The notes under the pieces: generated by a model
Told to the model about the DNA's origin: nothing
The model's input: the letters and a program-made list of their open reading frames with translations, nothing else
Databases searched by the model: none
Program-made: the position numbers and the translations under genes
From: Wickerhamiella versatilis
Taxonomy: Eukaryota
DNA: 64,000 bases
Direction of reading: 5' to 3'
NCBI GenBank assembly: GCA_030867685.1
Contig: JAQOWU010000008.1
Span: forward strand, 744,001-808,000
Part shown: positions 10,656 through 21,100 of the stretch, piece by piece
Numbering within the stretch: position 1 is the first letter of the stretch
Layout of the letters: each line of letters begins with the position of its first letter

Positions 10656-11804
10656 ATGGGGGCAGTTCCCAGGGTAGTAGTCTTTAAGGACTCAGTATCG
10701 GAAATAGCGCGACTTCGTACGCTATTTTATGGCTCTAAAGAGTCTCAAAGTCGAGCCCTCGCATTGTGTAGAGCCTATGAGGTTCGTGGGGTGCTTCCCG
10801 CAAGTATTCATCTCACTGCGCTTTTAATATCTGCTGTTCACATGGACGTGCCAATGAACGATATGTTTGCGATTCGTCAGACTTATGCCATGGCCTTAAT
10901 TAGATTTGTTAACGAGATTCTTGATGCTGCACAGTTAGGTCGTAATGCAATTCCCTTACATGCCCTAGCTCGCGAGATGGACCTGCCAAATTCTTTTGTT
11001 GAACTGCGCCATGCCGCAACCCACGAGGATTTGCCATCTGCACCTTTGCTTCGTGAAATGGCCCATAGGGCTGTCCATTGGCTTTGGATTAAATATTGGG
11101 CTCTCAACGATGCCCCTCAGGAGCCATCAACACTCATAAACAATAATTCTGATGTTGGAGATGAAGCTCCTCAAGATCGCATAAAAGAAACACTTCGTGA
11201 GTGGCGCCGGTCTCGGCGCCCAGACCCTGAAAATCCCGAACTCACGTACAAAGAGATTCAGCTGGTCGAGACATTGAAGAGAGACCTGCTCATAGATCAA
11301 ACTGCTTTCTTTGAAGTACTGTTTCATCGTAATATACTCGTTCCTGCCGGATCAGGGGAAGTCAGTAAGAAAGGGTCTCCATCTGTCATATTATGGGGTC
11401 CGCTTTTTAGCAAGTTAGGGGAGGACTACCTTGTGTCTCTGGCTGAAAAAATAGCAACGGCTCTTAACAAACAGGATTGGCCGGAAATAGGACCAAGTGA
11501 AAGACAATTCCCGGTGTATATGACCTGGCTCGAGTATCTTATACCCTTGGTGAACAAGCCTATTGCAGCTCTGTCGGCTTTACCCAGGCCATGGAATGCA
11601 ATTCTTCTTAATCTCTATGGACTTCATCATAATCACCAGCCTTCCATCCAGCTAGCACGAGATATGGCAGTCGTAACGGGGACTGAAATCCCCACCATTG
11701 AATTGAAAAAAATACCAGGTTCTGTAAATAATCACAATGAGGATGATAGCGAATCCCCATGGCCACGTGTATCTGAATGGGTGCCTAGGCCTATAGGAGT
11801 ATAA
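10656..11804 (+). CDS. LAS1: Las1 pre-rRNA ITS2 endonuclease (HEPN)
   Basis: YAMALIRFVN, HEPN motif VELRHAATHE, and C-terminal WVPRPIGV. Confidence 0.9.
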   Translation: MGAVPRVVVFKDSVSEIARLRTLFYGSKESQSRALALCRAYEVRGVLPASIHLTALLISAVHMDVPMNDMFAIRQTYAMALIRFVNEILDAAQLGRNAIPLHALAREMDLPNSFVELRHAATHEDLPSAPLLREMAHRAVHWLWIKYWALNDAPQEPSTLINNNSDVGDEAPQDRIKETLREWRRSRRPDPENPELTYKEIQLVETLKRDLLIDQTAFFEVLFHRNILVPAGSGEVSKKGSPSVILWGPLFSKLGEDYLVSLAEKIATALNKQDWPEIGPSERQFPVYMTWLEYLIPLVNKPIAALSALPRPWNAILLNLYGLHHNHQPSIQLARDMAVVTGTEIPTIELKKIPGSVNNHNEDDSESPWPRVSEWVPRPIGV

Positions 11805-11856
11805 AATAGTAGTACATGCTGGATGTTTTTGTACAAGTAAGTAAGCATCGCGAGAG

Positions 11857-13755
11857 ATGAGTAATATTTATATGGCTACCACTTCTGCGGAGGACAGGAC
11901 ATTCTTCGCTGATGGAACCGCTGTCTATCAGAAGACAGTATCCAGAAAAGCTAGCAAGCTAGTAGATGCAGGATTTGTACCTACGGCGATCTCTGTCAAC
12001 AAGAGTTTGTCCCTCATAGCAGTTGGCGGAGCCGATACCCTGGCTGTTTATACTATTTCTGGGAAACTAAAAACCAGCGCTAAAATCAAGTCATCCATTC
12101 AAAAACTAATTTGGCATCCATGTGGCGTTAATGACGCATGTCTCGTAGCATTGTCAGAGTCCGAAGTGCTGGTGTGCTCATGCGCAGCTACTGTCAAAAT
12201 AACAGGGTTCAGCTTGTCCCGTACCCCCAACGCAGAAATTAATATAGCAGATGAGCCACTGGACCCAGTTTCCATCGCATTTGGTCCTCCCAAAGCCGAT
12301 ACAGGGGTAATTTCTTTATATATTGCGACACGAGATGGGGATATCTTCGGTATTTGTCCTTTTGTTCCAGATAAATTCGTGTTGTCGGTAGATCACATGA
12401 AAAAGTTGATCAATTTAAGTCTAGATGACAAAACGACTGAGAAGGAACAATCTGGCTCCAATGGAAGGGAGTTATCGTGGGTTTCAGCAGTGACAAGACA
12501 ACTAGATGGTATGCCAACAACATGGGTTGACGAGCGAGAGGGTTTTATAATAGATGCTCCTCGAAATTATCTGTCTTCGGTTCAAGGGCCATTCAGATTA
12601 TGTCCTTATCCGGAGTCTCTCTACGGTGAGGAAACGGTGGACATCGCCTGTGTGGGAATCGCTAATTCCACTCTTTTAATCCAAGCAACCAAAAACTATT
12701 TGAATTTTTATTTGCAGGCTTCACATCTAAAGTTATCTTGGCAACACGACAAAGAAGTGGAAAGTACCACATTAGCACTCGTCAACTCGGTGAAAGTATC
12801 GTCCAGCTCTGATATAAGAAAACTCATTGTTCCTGGGCCTCAAGGACTTGCATTTCTCGTGAAGCCGGAAAAAATGATATGTGTGGACTACCGCCCTTGG
12901 CAGAGTCTCCTTGCTGAAGCGTTGAAAGGTGGAGAAATCTCAAAGCTTCCACCATCCATCGTTTCAGAAGAACCACTTTCCTTTGTATATGTGAACAACC
13001 TGAACACGGTCTTAATGGAAGACCGGCAAGGAGGAGAAATTAAGGCTTGGGAAACGGCCAAGTCTACCACTAATGATTATGAAAACTTCTCACAAAAGCT
13101 CACAAAATTGCAGGGCATAATAACTAGCCCAGACGACTATAGAAGACAGGTATGCGACGAAGTGAACAGCATTCTTCTGCGTCCAGTGGAGGAATTGCCG
13201 ACTCTGGGTGCAAATCTCCAAACTCTGGAAAAGCTCAATGAGCTCAGTGAATTTTATGGTAGAGGAATAAATGATCTCTCAAAGCAGATAATATTCACTG
13301 AACAGCACATAGAGGCACAAAAAAGGGAGGCTCGTCGCCAAAATGAGGAATTAGCCAGCATCCGAGCCAGAAAACAATCATTAGAGCCAAAGCAGCTTGA
13401 TGAAAAAGTTTCGAGATCCTCCAAACGGCATTCAGAGCTGAAGTCGAGGGTAGACGCACTGTCGCAAAAACTTTCTAGGGCCAGAACTAATGGGAAACCA
13501 TTAGGTCTAGCGGAAAAGCAGTGGTTCTCAGAACTTGAACGCATACAGAACAAAATGAAGGAGTATCAGAGACGTATTGAGGTTCTTGGGACTAATTTTT
13601 CAGCTGTAGGTCCACCCTCGGCGAGTCGACAGGCTGCCTCTTCAACCACTACCGGAGAACGGCCAAGCGATGTGGCTATTGCCGCCCTGCGAAATCAAGT
13701 CAATTTGCAATCTTCCCAGATAAAGAAACTTGAGCAAAAAATTAATGCATTCTGA
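11857..13755 (+). CDS. NUP82: Nucleoporin Nup82/Nup88 family
   Basis: Propeller motifs WHP, LYIATRDGDIFGICPFVP and QGPF, then a C-terminal coiled coil with EKQWFSEL. Confidence 0.8.
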   Translation: MSNIYMATTSAEDRTFFADGTAVYQKTVSRKASKLVDAGFVPTAISVNKSLSLIAVGGADTLAVYTISGKLKTSAKIKSSIQKLIWHPCGVNDACLVALSESEVLVCSCAATVKITGFSLSRTPNAEINIADEPLDPVSIAFGPPKADTGVISLYIATRDGDIFGICPFVPDKFVLSVDHMKKLINLSLDDKTTEKEQSGSNGRELSWVSAVTRQLDGMPTTWVDEREGFIIDAPRNYLSSVQGPFRLCPYPESLYGEETVDIACVGIANSTLLIQATKNYLNFYLQASHLKLSWQHDKEVESTTLALVNSVKVSSSSDIRKLIVPGPQGLAFLVKPEKMICVDYRPWQSLLAEALKGGEISKLPPSIVSEEPLSFVYVNNLNTVLMEDRQGGEIKAWETAKSTTNDYENFSQKLTKLQGIITSPDDYRRQVCDEVNSILLRPVEELPTLGANLQTLEKLNELSEFYGRGINDLSKQIIFTEQHIEAQKREARRQNEELASIRARKQSLEPKQLDEKVSRSSKRHSELKSRVDALSQKLSRARTNGKPLGLAEKQWFSELERIQNKMKEYQRRIEVLGTNFSAVGPPSASRQAASSTTTGERPSDVAIAALRNQVNLQSSQIKKLEQKINAF

Positions 13756-13811
13756 GGCTTCAGAATAATACAAATATATATATCATATCATTATATGCCG
13801 AGGTTTTTAGT

Positions 13812-14090
13812 CTAAAAATCAGTAACTTTGCCATTAAACGAGTAATCTCCATGTCGCAATGGGTCTTGCTTTGGTCCACCAATCTCTCCTGTTTCTGGAT
13901 TCTTCTCACCCTCAAAGTCGGCATATGGCTTGTAATACATCGTTTGATTCGGTTGGTTAACGGCCTCTCGCTGTAGCCGTTCAAATTCCTGCTGCTCCTC
14001 CTTAGGAAGAGGCATTGGGGAAGGCCGGTTCTTAAAGTCAACAGCGTATTTGCGCACCAACCGAGGGGTTTGCCTGAACGTTCGGAGCAT
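13812..14090 (-). CDS. SDH8: Succinate dehydrogenase assembly factor 4
   Basis: Arg-rich mitochondrial presequence and the DUF1674 motif FEGEKNPETGEIGGPKQDPLRHGDYSFNGKVTDF. Confidence 0.92.
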   Translation of the reverse strand: MLRTFRQTPRLVRKYAVDFKNRPSPMPLPKEEQQEFERLQREAVNQPNQTMYYKPYADFEGEKNPETGEIGGPKQDPLRHGDYSFNGKVTDF

Positions 14091-14135
14091 GGTTTCTTTT
14101 CTAATATGACTAATGGATCTAGGGGTTAGTTAGTA

Positions 14136-14244
14136 CTGCATCAGACTTCCAAGGAAGTATTTTGCGGTCACCGGCTCACGATTGGGTTCAGTGTGAGCTA
14201 CCGTGGAAACTGCGAATGTTTAAATGGAAATTTCTTCACCGCAG
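14136..14244 (-). ncRNA. SNR128: U14 (snR128) box C/D snoRNA
   Basis: Minus strand reads CTGCG, GTGAAGA (box C variant), AACATTCGCAGTTTCCACGGTAG (U14 domain A region), GAACCCAATCG...CGGTGACCGC (fungal Y domain), CTTCCTTGGAAGT (domain B), CTGA (box D), TGCAG. Terminal stem CTGCG/TGCAG. Confidence 0.92.
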
Positions 14245-14251
14245 ATACTTA

Positions 14252-14403
14252 CTGGTGGGTTAGTTCTGTCAGACAAAAAGTACTGGCAAGTAAGCCCGAA
14301 CAACGTACAAAGACGAAGCCGAGCAACCTTCGCTATCATCAGAGGCGGATAAGACGATCACTCGAAAACGAGGAAGACGTGGTGTTGTCATCATTCAACA
14401 TAC
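14252..14403 (-). other. Spliceosomal intron (internal, 152 nt) hosting the snR190-like RNA
   Basis: Donor GTATGT 14403-14398, branch ACTAAC 14264-14259, acceptor CAG 14254-14252. Confidence 0.8.
14266..14397 (-). ncRNA. SNR190: snR190-like box C/D snoRNA
   Basis: Box C ATGATGA at 14394-14388 and box D CTGA at 14272-14269. Blocks TTCCTCGT..TTCGA, GTTGCT and CGGG...TTGCCAGT resemble yeast snR190 from memory. It lies directly 5' of U14, as in the yeast snR190-U14 cluster. Ends are approximate. Confidence 0.75.
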
Positions 14404-14521
14404 CTTTTAAGATTTTCACTTCACCACACTATGTGGTGGAAGTGAGGAGTATGACATGTTTGCTGAAAAAATATTTATAATTGACGATGACTAAAGAAAG
14501 TAGCCCATGCTTAGTGAGACG

Positions 14522-15487
14522 CTAAGTGACCATATTGTAAATTACCGATCCGGTGGTGTCCTTGAAATTTTTTTGGACAATATTAGGATTTTGCTGCTTC
14601 AGTACTAGTGAAATGTCACCTAAGGACATATTAGGATCTAATTGCCATAGGTACGCAATCAGGCCCGATACGAACGCCGCTGCACAGGATGTGCCATCTA
14701 GATAACCATACTTCCCATTAGGAAAGCTTGAATATATGTCATTTCCTGGAGAATATACATCTATACAGCTGCCGTAGTTGGTGAATGATGCAGGGGTATT
14801 GGTATAATTAAGGGCCGCGGCCACGAAAAATCCCTCCTTCGCACCACCTCCCAGGTTACTTGGCCCGGACTGGCATGCATCCGCATTATCATTTCCAGCG
14901 GCACCGACTACTGGTATTCCTGCATTAAGTGCTTTGAGAATCGCCTTTTCACGTAGCCCGCTTATCTCTCCAACCGCGGAATAATTAATTACAGCGTGTC
15001 GAGCACCTGAGCCCTGAAAATGGCTTATCGTCCAGTCAATAGCCTTGACAAATGCCCCCACACTGCCCTCGAGATGATGATCTAAAACCTTTACGGCGAC
15101 GACGGACGCATTGCGTGCCACTCCTACCGTATTTCCCACTGTTATACCAGCCAGGTGTGTTCCATGCCCATTATCATCCGCGTATATACTATCGACGAAG
15201 CTGGTCCCCCAGGTCGCACGCCCATCAAATTGAGGATGGTTGACATCGACACCAGAATCTAAGACATAAACTATTGTCTTATCGAAATTTTCGTTATTTG
15301 CGATTGCCTTATAAGCATAGTCATTCTTGGGGTCTGTATAAAAGGCTGACCCATCAGGATTAAATTGGTAATGACAATGTGAGATGCGAGTCAAGCCCCA
15401 CGGCGCACCGGGTTGATACAGAGTCTCAGTATTAACTTCAAGCTGAAAGGCCACGACGGAAACCAAAAGATTGAGACTCAGGAACAT
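14522..15487 (-). CDS. Secreted subtilisin (S8A, proteinase K-like) protease
   Basis: Motifs QPGAPWGLTRIS, VLDSG (Asp), NGHGTH (His), AAGN and GTSCAA (Ser). Start placed at the signal peptide MFLSLNLLVSVVA. Confidence 0.88.
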   Translation of the reverse strand: MFLSLNLLVSVVAFQLEVNTETLYQPGAPWGLTRISHCHYQFNPDGSAFYTDPKNDYAYKAIANNENFDKTIVYVLDSGVDVNHPQFDGRATWGTSFVDSIYADDNGHGTHLAGITVGNTVGVARNASVVAVKVLDHHLEGSVGAFVKAIDWTISHFQGSGARHAVINYSAVGEISGLREKAILKALNAGIPVVGAAGNDNADACQSGPSNLGGGAKEGFFVAAALNYTNTPASFTNYGSCIDVYSPGNDIYSSFPNGKYGYLDGTSCAAAFVSGLIAYLWQLDPNMSLGDISLVLKQQNPNIVQKNFKDTTGSVIYNMVT

Positions 15488-15659
15488 ATTATGGGATGTG
15501 CAAGAATGCACAATTCCCCTAATGCTTCTAGTATTTAAAGAATCACAACATCTACAATAATACACACCCTCGTACATAATGTGTTTCGAGAATGCAATTA
15601 TTCCCATGTTGATTATGACAAGACATAAAGCCTATTACAGCAATCAATAAGTGCACTAC

Positions 15660-16562
15660 TTACTTGGAGCATAGCTCATAGATCATTCCGAGACGGTCAG
15701 CATAGTACTCAGGTCCAACTTTTGCCATATCCTCCTCGTTGTCAACACCGCTGAGTACAAAGAGCGTTCCAAGACCTCCATTCTGACCAAACTTCATGTC
15801 GGTATTCAGCCGATCTCCGACCATGCACGTCCGGCTAGGATCAAAGTTAAAACGGGCTTTCACAGCATCCATCATCTGTTGGCTCGGCTTACCCAACGCA
15901 GCAGATGGCTCACGTCCTGCACTCGTGGCAACGGCTTGAATGATGGTACCCGCGCCGGGAAGGAGCCGTCCTGCCGACGGAAATGTTGAGTCAATATTAG
16001 TGGCGAGAAATAGGCATTGTGGATCTTGCAGCTGTGCTTGGGCATAAGCTAACTTTCGATAATTTATATGTGTATCAAGTCCGGCAACAACACACCCTAT
16101 CTCTGGGTTGCGTTTGATTGTCTTCATAGCCTCTGCATCGAAAGGTTCACAGAAAACAGGATCTGTACCACCTAAATATTCTATACCAACTTCATGCAGT
16201 TCGTCTTCCAGTCCTTTTTCCCCAACAATGAACACCTTCTTGTCTTTTGGAAAGTTTATGACTTTACTGAGGTAAACTGCAGTTGAATAGGCAGATCCAA
16301 AGATTTCTTCCTTCTTCACAGAAATTCCAAGCTTCTCAAACTTTTTGGTGTAGTCCAATCGGCTCTTGGTTGAATTATTCGTAACAAAAATAAGTTGCTT
16401 GCCTTGGTCTCGAAGAAAAGTCAGTGTTTCTGGAGAACCCGGTAGCACGTCAGAGCCGCGCCATAGGACACCGTCACAATCGAAGATGAAAGTATCGTAA
16501 TTGCTCAGGAACTCTTTTGCGCTTTCTGAACTGGCAATCTTCTTGGTCATGACTAAACCCAT
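15660..16562 (-). CDS. PHO13: HAD IIA phosphatase (4-nitrophenylphosphatase)
   Basis: Motifs FDCDGVLW, VTNNSTKSR, GKPS and MVGDRLNTD. Confidence 0.92.
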   Translation of the reverse strand: MGLVMTKKIASSESAKEFLSNYDTFIFDCDGVLWRGSDVLPGSPETLTFLRDQGKQLIFVTNNSTKSRLDYTKKFEKLGISVKKEEIFGSAYSTAVYLSKVINFPKDKKVFIVGEKGLEDELHEVGIEYLGGTDPVFCEPFDAEAMKTIKRNPEIGCVVAGLDTHINYRKLAYAQAQLQDPQCLFLATNIDSTFPSAGRLLPGAGTIIQAVATSAGREPSAALGKPSQQMMDAVKARFNFDPSRTCMVGDRLNTDMKFGQNGGLGTLFVLSGVDNEEDMAKVGPEYYADRLGMIYELCSK

Positions 16563-16828
16563 CGTGCGTCAAACGAGACAAAGTACCTAAGTGTAAATCA
16601 CAAACTATTATTCAATTGCTTTTTTTTAACATATTGTACCTAATTACAATACGTCCCTACGTATTTTTATTGCAGAAGTAAGCGATTGGTGTGTGGCTCA
16701 AAGAGTTGCACCACCAAAAAACATTTTTTTTAACAGTGAATCAAAATAAACTTTGAGTGTCGATCCTCAACGGTACAGAAATAAGAGCCAGGTCAAAGTC
16801 AAAGCATTCTATCAATATAAATAAATCA

Positions 16829-17932
16829 TCACTTCTTGAGGATGGTGACGACATCTTCATCGGCAAGAACATGGGAGAGACCTACGTGCTGAGGTTGATG
16901 CTTGACTGAAACGCCATATACCACCGCATTCTTGAAATCTGTGACCAAACTTTTGTGAATTGCATTGCAAAAATCCTCCACAGTGCTTCTGTTCTGCCTC
17001 AAAACAATGGGCTCGTTATAATCTGGCTCTTTACCCTTTGGTTTTGTATAAACCCTGACAAGGTTAAGTTTTTCCCACATAGTTTCCAATAACTCATCGA
17101 GATTCCACTGATGCTCAGACGAAATTGGTACGGTGTTAGGGATCCTGCTGAGAAGATCGAGCTCTTCGATAGAAATTGAGTCTATCTTGTTTAAAACATA
17201 GACAACAGGAGTATAGAAACGGTTTTGTTCTTCAAGTACATCAATAACATCATCAATCGTAGCATCACACCGTAAGGCTACCTCAGCAGATGTAATACGG
17301 TATTCGGACATGACAGCCCTAATCTCATCCTCATCGACATTGTTTAGAGGAACAGTAGATGTGATACTAATGCCACCTTTCTCCTTCTTCCTAATTACGA
17401 TGTTAGGCTTTTCTTTGTTCACCCTTATTCCAAAACCCTCGAGCTCACGCTCAATAACCTGTTTGTGCTGAAGTGGTTTGTTCACGTCAAGAACAATGAA
17501 GATCAGGTTACAAGTACGAGCTACGGCAATAACCTGCTTACCTCGACCCTTGCCATCTTTCGCACCTTCAATAATACCGGGCAGATCTAACATCTGAATC
17601 TTTGCACCGCGATAACGGATAATACCAGGTACGGTAGTCAAAGTTGTAAACTCGTAAGCTGCTGCTTCAGATTCAGTTCCCGTCAAAGTACTTAGCAAAG
17701 TACTCTTACCAACGGAAGGAAAGCCTATAAAACCAACCGAACCAACACCAGTCCGCGCAACATCAAAACCAATTCCGCCACCACCACCACCAGAGGAAGG
17801 TGTGAGCAGCTCTCTCTTCAGCCGAGCTATCTTAGCCTTTAGCTGGCCAAGGTGGAAATTTGTGGCTTTGTTGACCTGCGTACGGGCCATCTCGGCCTCG
17901 ATGTCCTTGATTTTTTCAACCGTCGTTGACAT
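16829..17932 (-). CDS. RBG1: DRG-family ribosome-binding GTPase
   Basis: Motifs [20 protein letters not shown] and NKID, a TGS domain, and N-terminus MSTTVEKIK. Confidence 0.93.
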   Translation of the reverse strand: MSTTVEKIKDIEAEMARTQVNKATNFHLGQLKAKIARLKRELLTPSSGGGGGGIGFDVARTGVGSVGFIGFPSVGKSTLLSTLTGTESEAAAYEFTTLTTVPGIIRYRGAKIQMLDLPGIIEGAKDGKGRGKQVIAVARTCNLIFIVLDVNKPLQHKQVIERELEGFGIRVNKEKPNIVIRKKEKGGISITSTVPLNNVDEDEIRAVMSEYRITSAEVALRCDATIDDVIDVLEEQNRFYTPVVYVLNKIDSISIEELDLLSRIPNTVPISSEHQWNLDELLETMWEKLNLVRVYTKPKGKEPDYNEPIVLRQNRSTVEDFCNAIHKSLVTDFKNAVVYGVSVKHQPQHVGLSHVLADEDVVTILKK

Positions 17933-18176
17933 TTTTTGCAGTCTTTAAGATTACATAAGTGACATTACTTTTTGTATTTAACCGATTCAACCAACATCAT
18001 CGATATGAAAGAAAAAGTACAAAAAGCTTCTAGCGAGTTATGCATAGCTCAAATTAAAATAAGCTATCTAGCAAAGGTCAGACAATGCTGCTTGAGTCTA
18101 ATTTCGGATTCGCATCCTCTTCAAAAGATATCACACATACAGTCAGCAATTGGGATTTTTCATTTATACTAACAAT

Positions 18177-21100
18177 ATGGGGAAAAAGAAGGGAGCTAAG
18201 TCTGGTGGCGACTTTTGGGATGAAGATCCTGAGCTCAGTCAACAGCCTGAGAGTGAGGAATTATATCCAGAAGGTTCACCAGCGGTAGATGAAGATAGCT
18301 CCGCGCCTCAAATAGCAAGTGCTGCAGATGATGTAGAAGATGACGGTCTACTTGGCGCACTGAAGCGGTCGAAAAATAAGAAGGATAAGAAATCTGATGA
18401 GGCTGCTGCCAATGAAGCTGCGTCGAAGTCGCAACAGGGACCTGCTGTTAAGTCGAAGAAGGAAAAGGAGCGTGAAAAGAAGGAACGTGAAAAGGCAAAG
18501 AAGCGCGCTGCTGCACAAAGGAAGGTAACAATACCACCTCCGGAACCTAAGAAGTCACAAGATGATAACTCTGCTGAGCCCACTCCTGAACCGGAGGAAG
18601 CAGGTGCCTCTAAGAGTGCTTCGGCTAAGTCGACAGGCAAGAAGAAGAAGGTGAACCCAGCTTTGGCTGCTATACAGAAGCAGCAGGCTGCACGTAAAAA
18701 GGCTGAAGAGGCTAAAGCAAAGGCTGAGGAAGAAGAGGTGCGTCTTGCCGAGGAGGAGGAGCGCCGAATCATTGAGGAAGAAGAGGCTGCTGAGAGAGCT
18801 AAGCAGCTAAAGAAAGAGCAGCAGAAAAAGAAGAAGGAAGAACTTAAGGCACAAGGAAAGTATCTCACCAAGAAGCAAAGAGATCAGCAGGCACAAGCAG
18901 CTCGTTTCCGTGAGCAAATGATCGCCTCTGGTATGGTTGTTCCTGGGCTCATGGAGAAAGGCGGTTCACCGGCGACGAACAAGAGTAAGGAGCGATCTGC
19001 AACTCCAGAGGTGAAGCCGACACAGGCAGCCCCGAAACCTGAAGCTAAGAAGGAACCATCGACGGAAGTGAAGAAGGAGACCACAAAAGTCTCTGAGGCT
19101 AAACCTGCCAAGCCAAGTACTGAAGCTCCTAAGAATGCTGATGAGGCAAAGTCTGCAGAAGATTCTGATGACGATGCAATCATGGATGACTGGGAAGCGG
19201 CACTCTCCGACGAGGGTGAGAAGACAGCTCCTTCATCTGAGCCATCTCCTGTAGCAGAAAACAAGGCTGCTGAGACTCGTGAGCCTGAAGCGAAGCAGAC
19301 GCAAGAAGATCAAGTAAGTGAGGTTCCGAGAGAAGAGTGGAAATCTCTTGATGAAAGTCGGCGAAAGGAGGTCGATGCGAAACGTGAGGAGAGGCATAAC
19401 AAGGCAATGGCTAGTGCCAACGCAAAGAACCTCAGATCGCCTATTTGTGCTATCTTGGGTCATGTTGATACTGGTAAGACGAAGCTACTGGACAACATGC
19501 GTAAAACGAACGTGCAGCAGGGCGAAGCAGGTGGTATTACCCAGCAAATTGGTGCTACTTACTTCCCTATCGAATTGATCGAAAAGAAAACGGAGACAAT
19601 GCGCTCTCACGTTAACGTGAACTTTAACGTTCCTGGCTTGTTGATTATAGATACACCTGGACACGAATCTTTCAGTAATCTACGTTCGCGAGGTTCTTCT
19701 CTCTGTAATATCGCAATTCTAGTTGTTGATATCATGCATGGTTTGGAGCCTCAGACGCTAGAATCCATTCGACTCTTGCGTGACCGTCGCACCCCGTTCG
19801 TTGTAGCCCTGAACAAGATTGACCGCTTGTATGGCTGGGTATCGCACCCAGACAGCAATGTGAGAGATTCGCTAGAGGCGCAACCGGAATCAGTGAAGCG
19901 TGAATTCGAAGACCGTTTAGAAAAGACAAAGCTCTTGTTCGCAGAGCAAGGATTCAACTCAGAGCTCTATTATAAGAACCGTAACATGTCCAAGTATGTC
20001 TCGCTTGTCCCGACATCTGCTGTCACAGGTGAGGGTGTACCAGATTTGCTTTACTTGTTACTGGACCTTACGCAGAGCCGCATGAGCAAGCAATTGATGT
20101 ACTTGTCGCAGCTTGAAGCTACTATTCTTGAAGTTAAAGTTGTTGAAGGTCTCGGTACCACTATTGATGTCATCTTGTCTAATGGTTATCTCCATGAAGG
20201 TGATCGCATTGTTCTTTGTGGAACAAATGGACCCATATGCACCAATGTTCGTGCCCTGTTAACACCTCAGCCCGCCCGTGAACTGCGCGTTAAGAGTGCA
20301 TATGTTCATCACAAAGAAGTGAAGGCGGCATTAGGTGTGAAGATTTCTGCTCCTGACCTCGATCATGCCGTTGCAGGCTCACGTCTTCTTGTCGTTGGTC
20401 CTGGCGATAATGAAGAAGATCTCGAGGATGATGTCATGGAGGACATGACAGGACTCCTTGACTCTGTTGATAAGACAGGAGAAGGTGTATGTGTTCAGGC
20501 AAGCACTTTGGGTTCTCTCGAAGCTCTTCTTGACTTCCTAAAGGATATGAAGATCCCAGTGATGTCTATTGGTTTAGGACCTGTGTACAAGCGGGATGTC
20601 ATGCGTACGTCCACAATGCTTGAAAGAAATAAGGAGTTTGCCGTAATGCTTTGTTTCGATGTCCGTGTTGATAGGGAAGCTGAACAGTATGCGAATGAGC
20701 ATGGCATTCGTCTCTTTACCGCTGACATTATATATCATTTGTTCGATGCCTTCACTGCATACCAGAAGCAAATCCTTGAAGAAAGGCGGCGTGCGAACAT
20801 CCATGAAGCAGTATTCCCTGCTGTATGTCATACCGTTCATGTTATCAATAAGAGGAACCCAATGATTATTGGTGTTGACATTGTAGAAGGTTCTCTCCAC
20901 ATTGCTACACCACTAGCTATTGTCAAACCCGACCCTAATACCGGTGAAAAGATTGTGTATAACCTTGGTCGTATACAATCTATGGAAGTCGAACACAAGC
21001 CTAAGGACAGTCTGCGAAAAGGTCAAACAAACGCAGGTGTGGCTGTGCGTCTTGACTCAACTGGTTTGACAAATATGCCTACTTGGGGACGTCATATCGA

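Larger units (their letters stand above)
14119..14404 (-). other. Spliceosomal intron (external, 134 nt once the internal intron is removed) hosting U14
   Basis: Split donor G(14404) plus TAAGT(14251-14247), branch TACTAAC 14135-14129, acceptor TAG 14121-14119. Confidence 0.75.

Noticed and set aside
14193-14480. 95-aa plus-strand ORF
   Set aside because: GTG start, no recognisable protein features, and antisense to the snoRNA introns that explain the region.
18166-18179. TACTAAC just upstream of the FUN12 ATG
   Set aside because: No YAG before the ATG and no convincing upstream donor.
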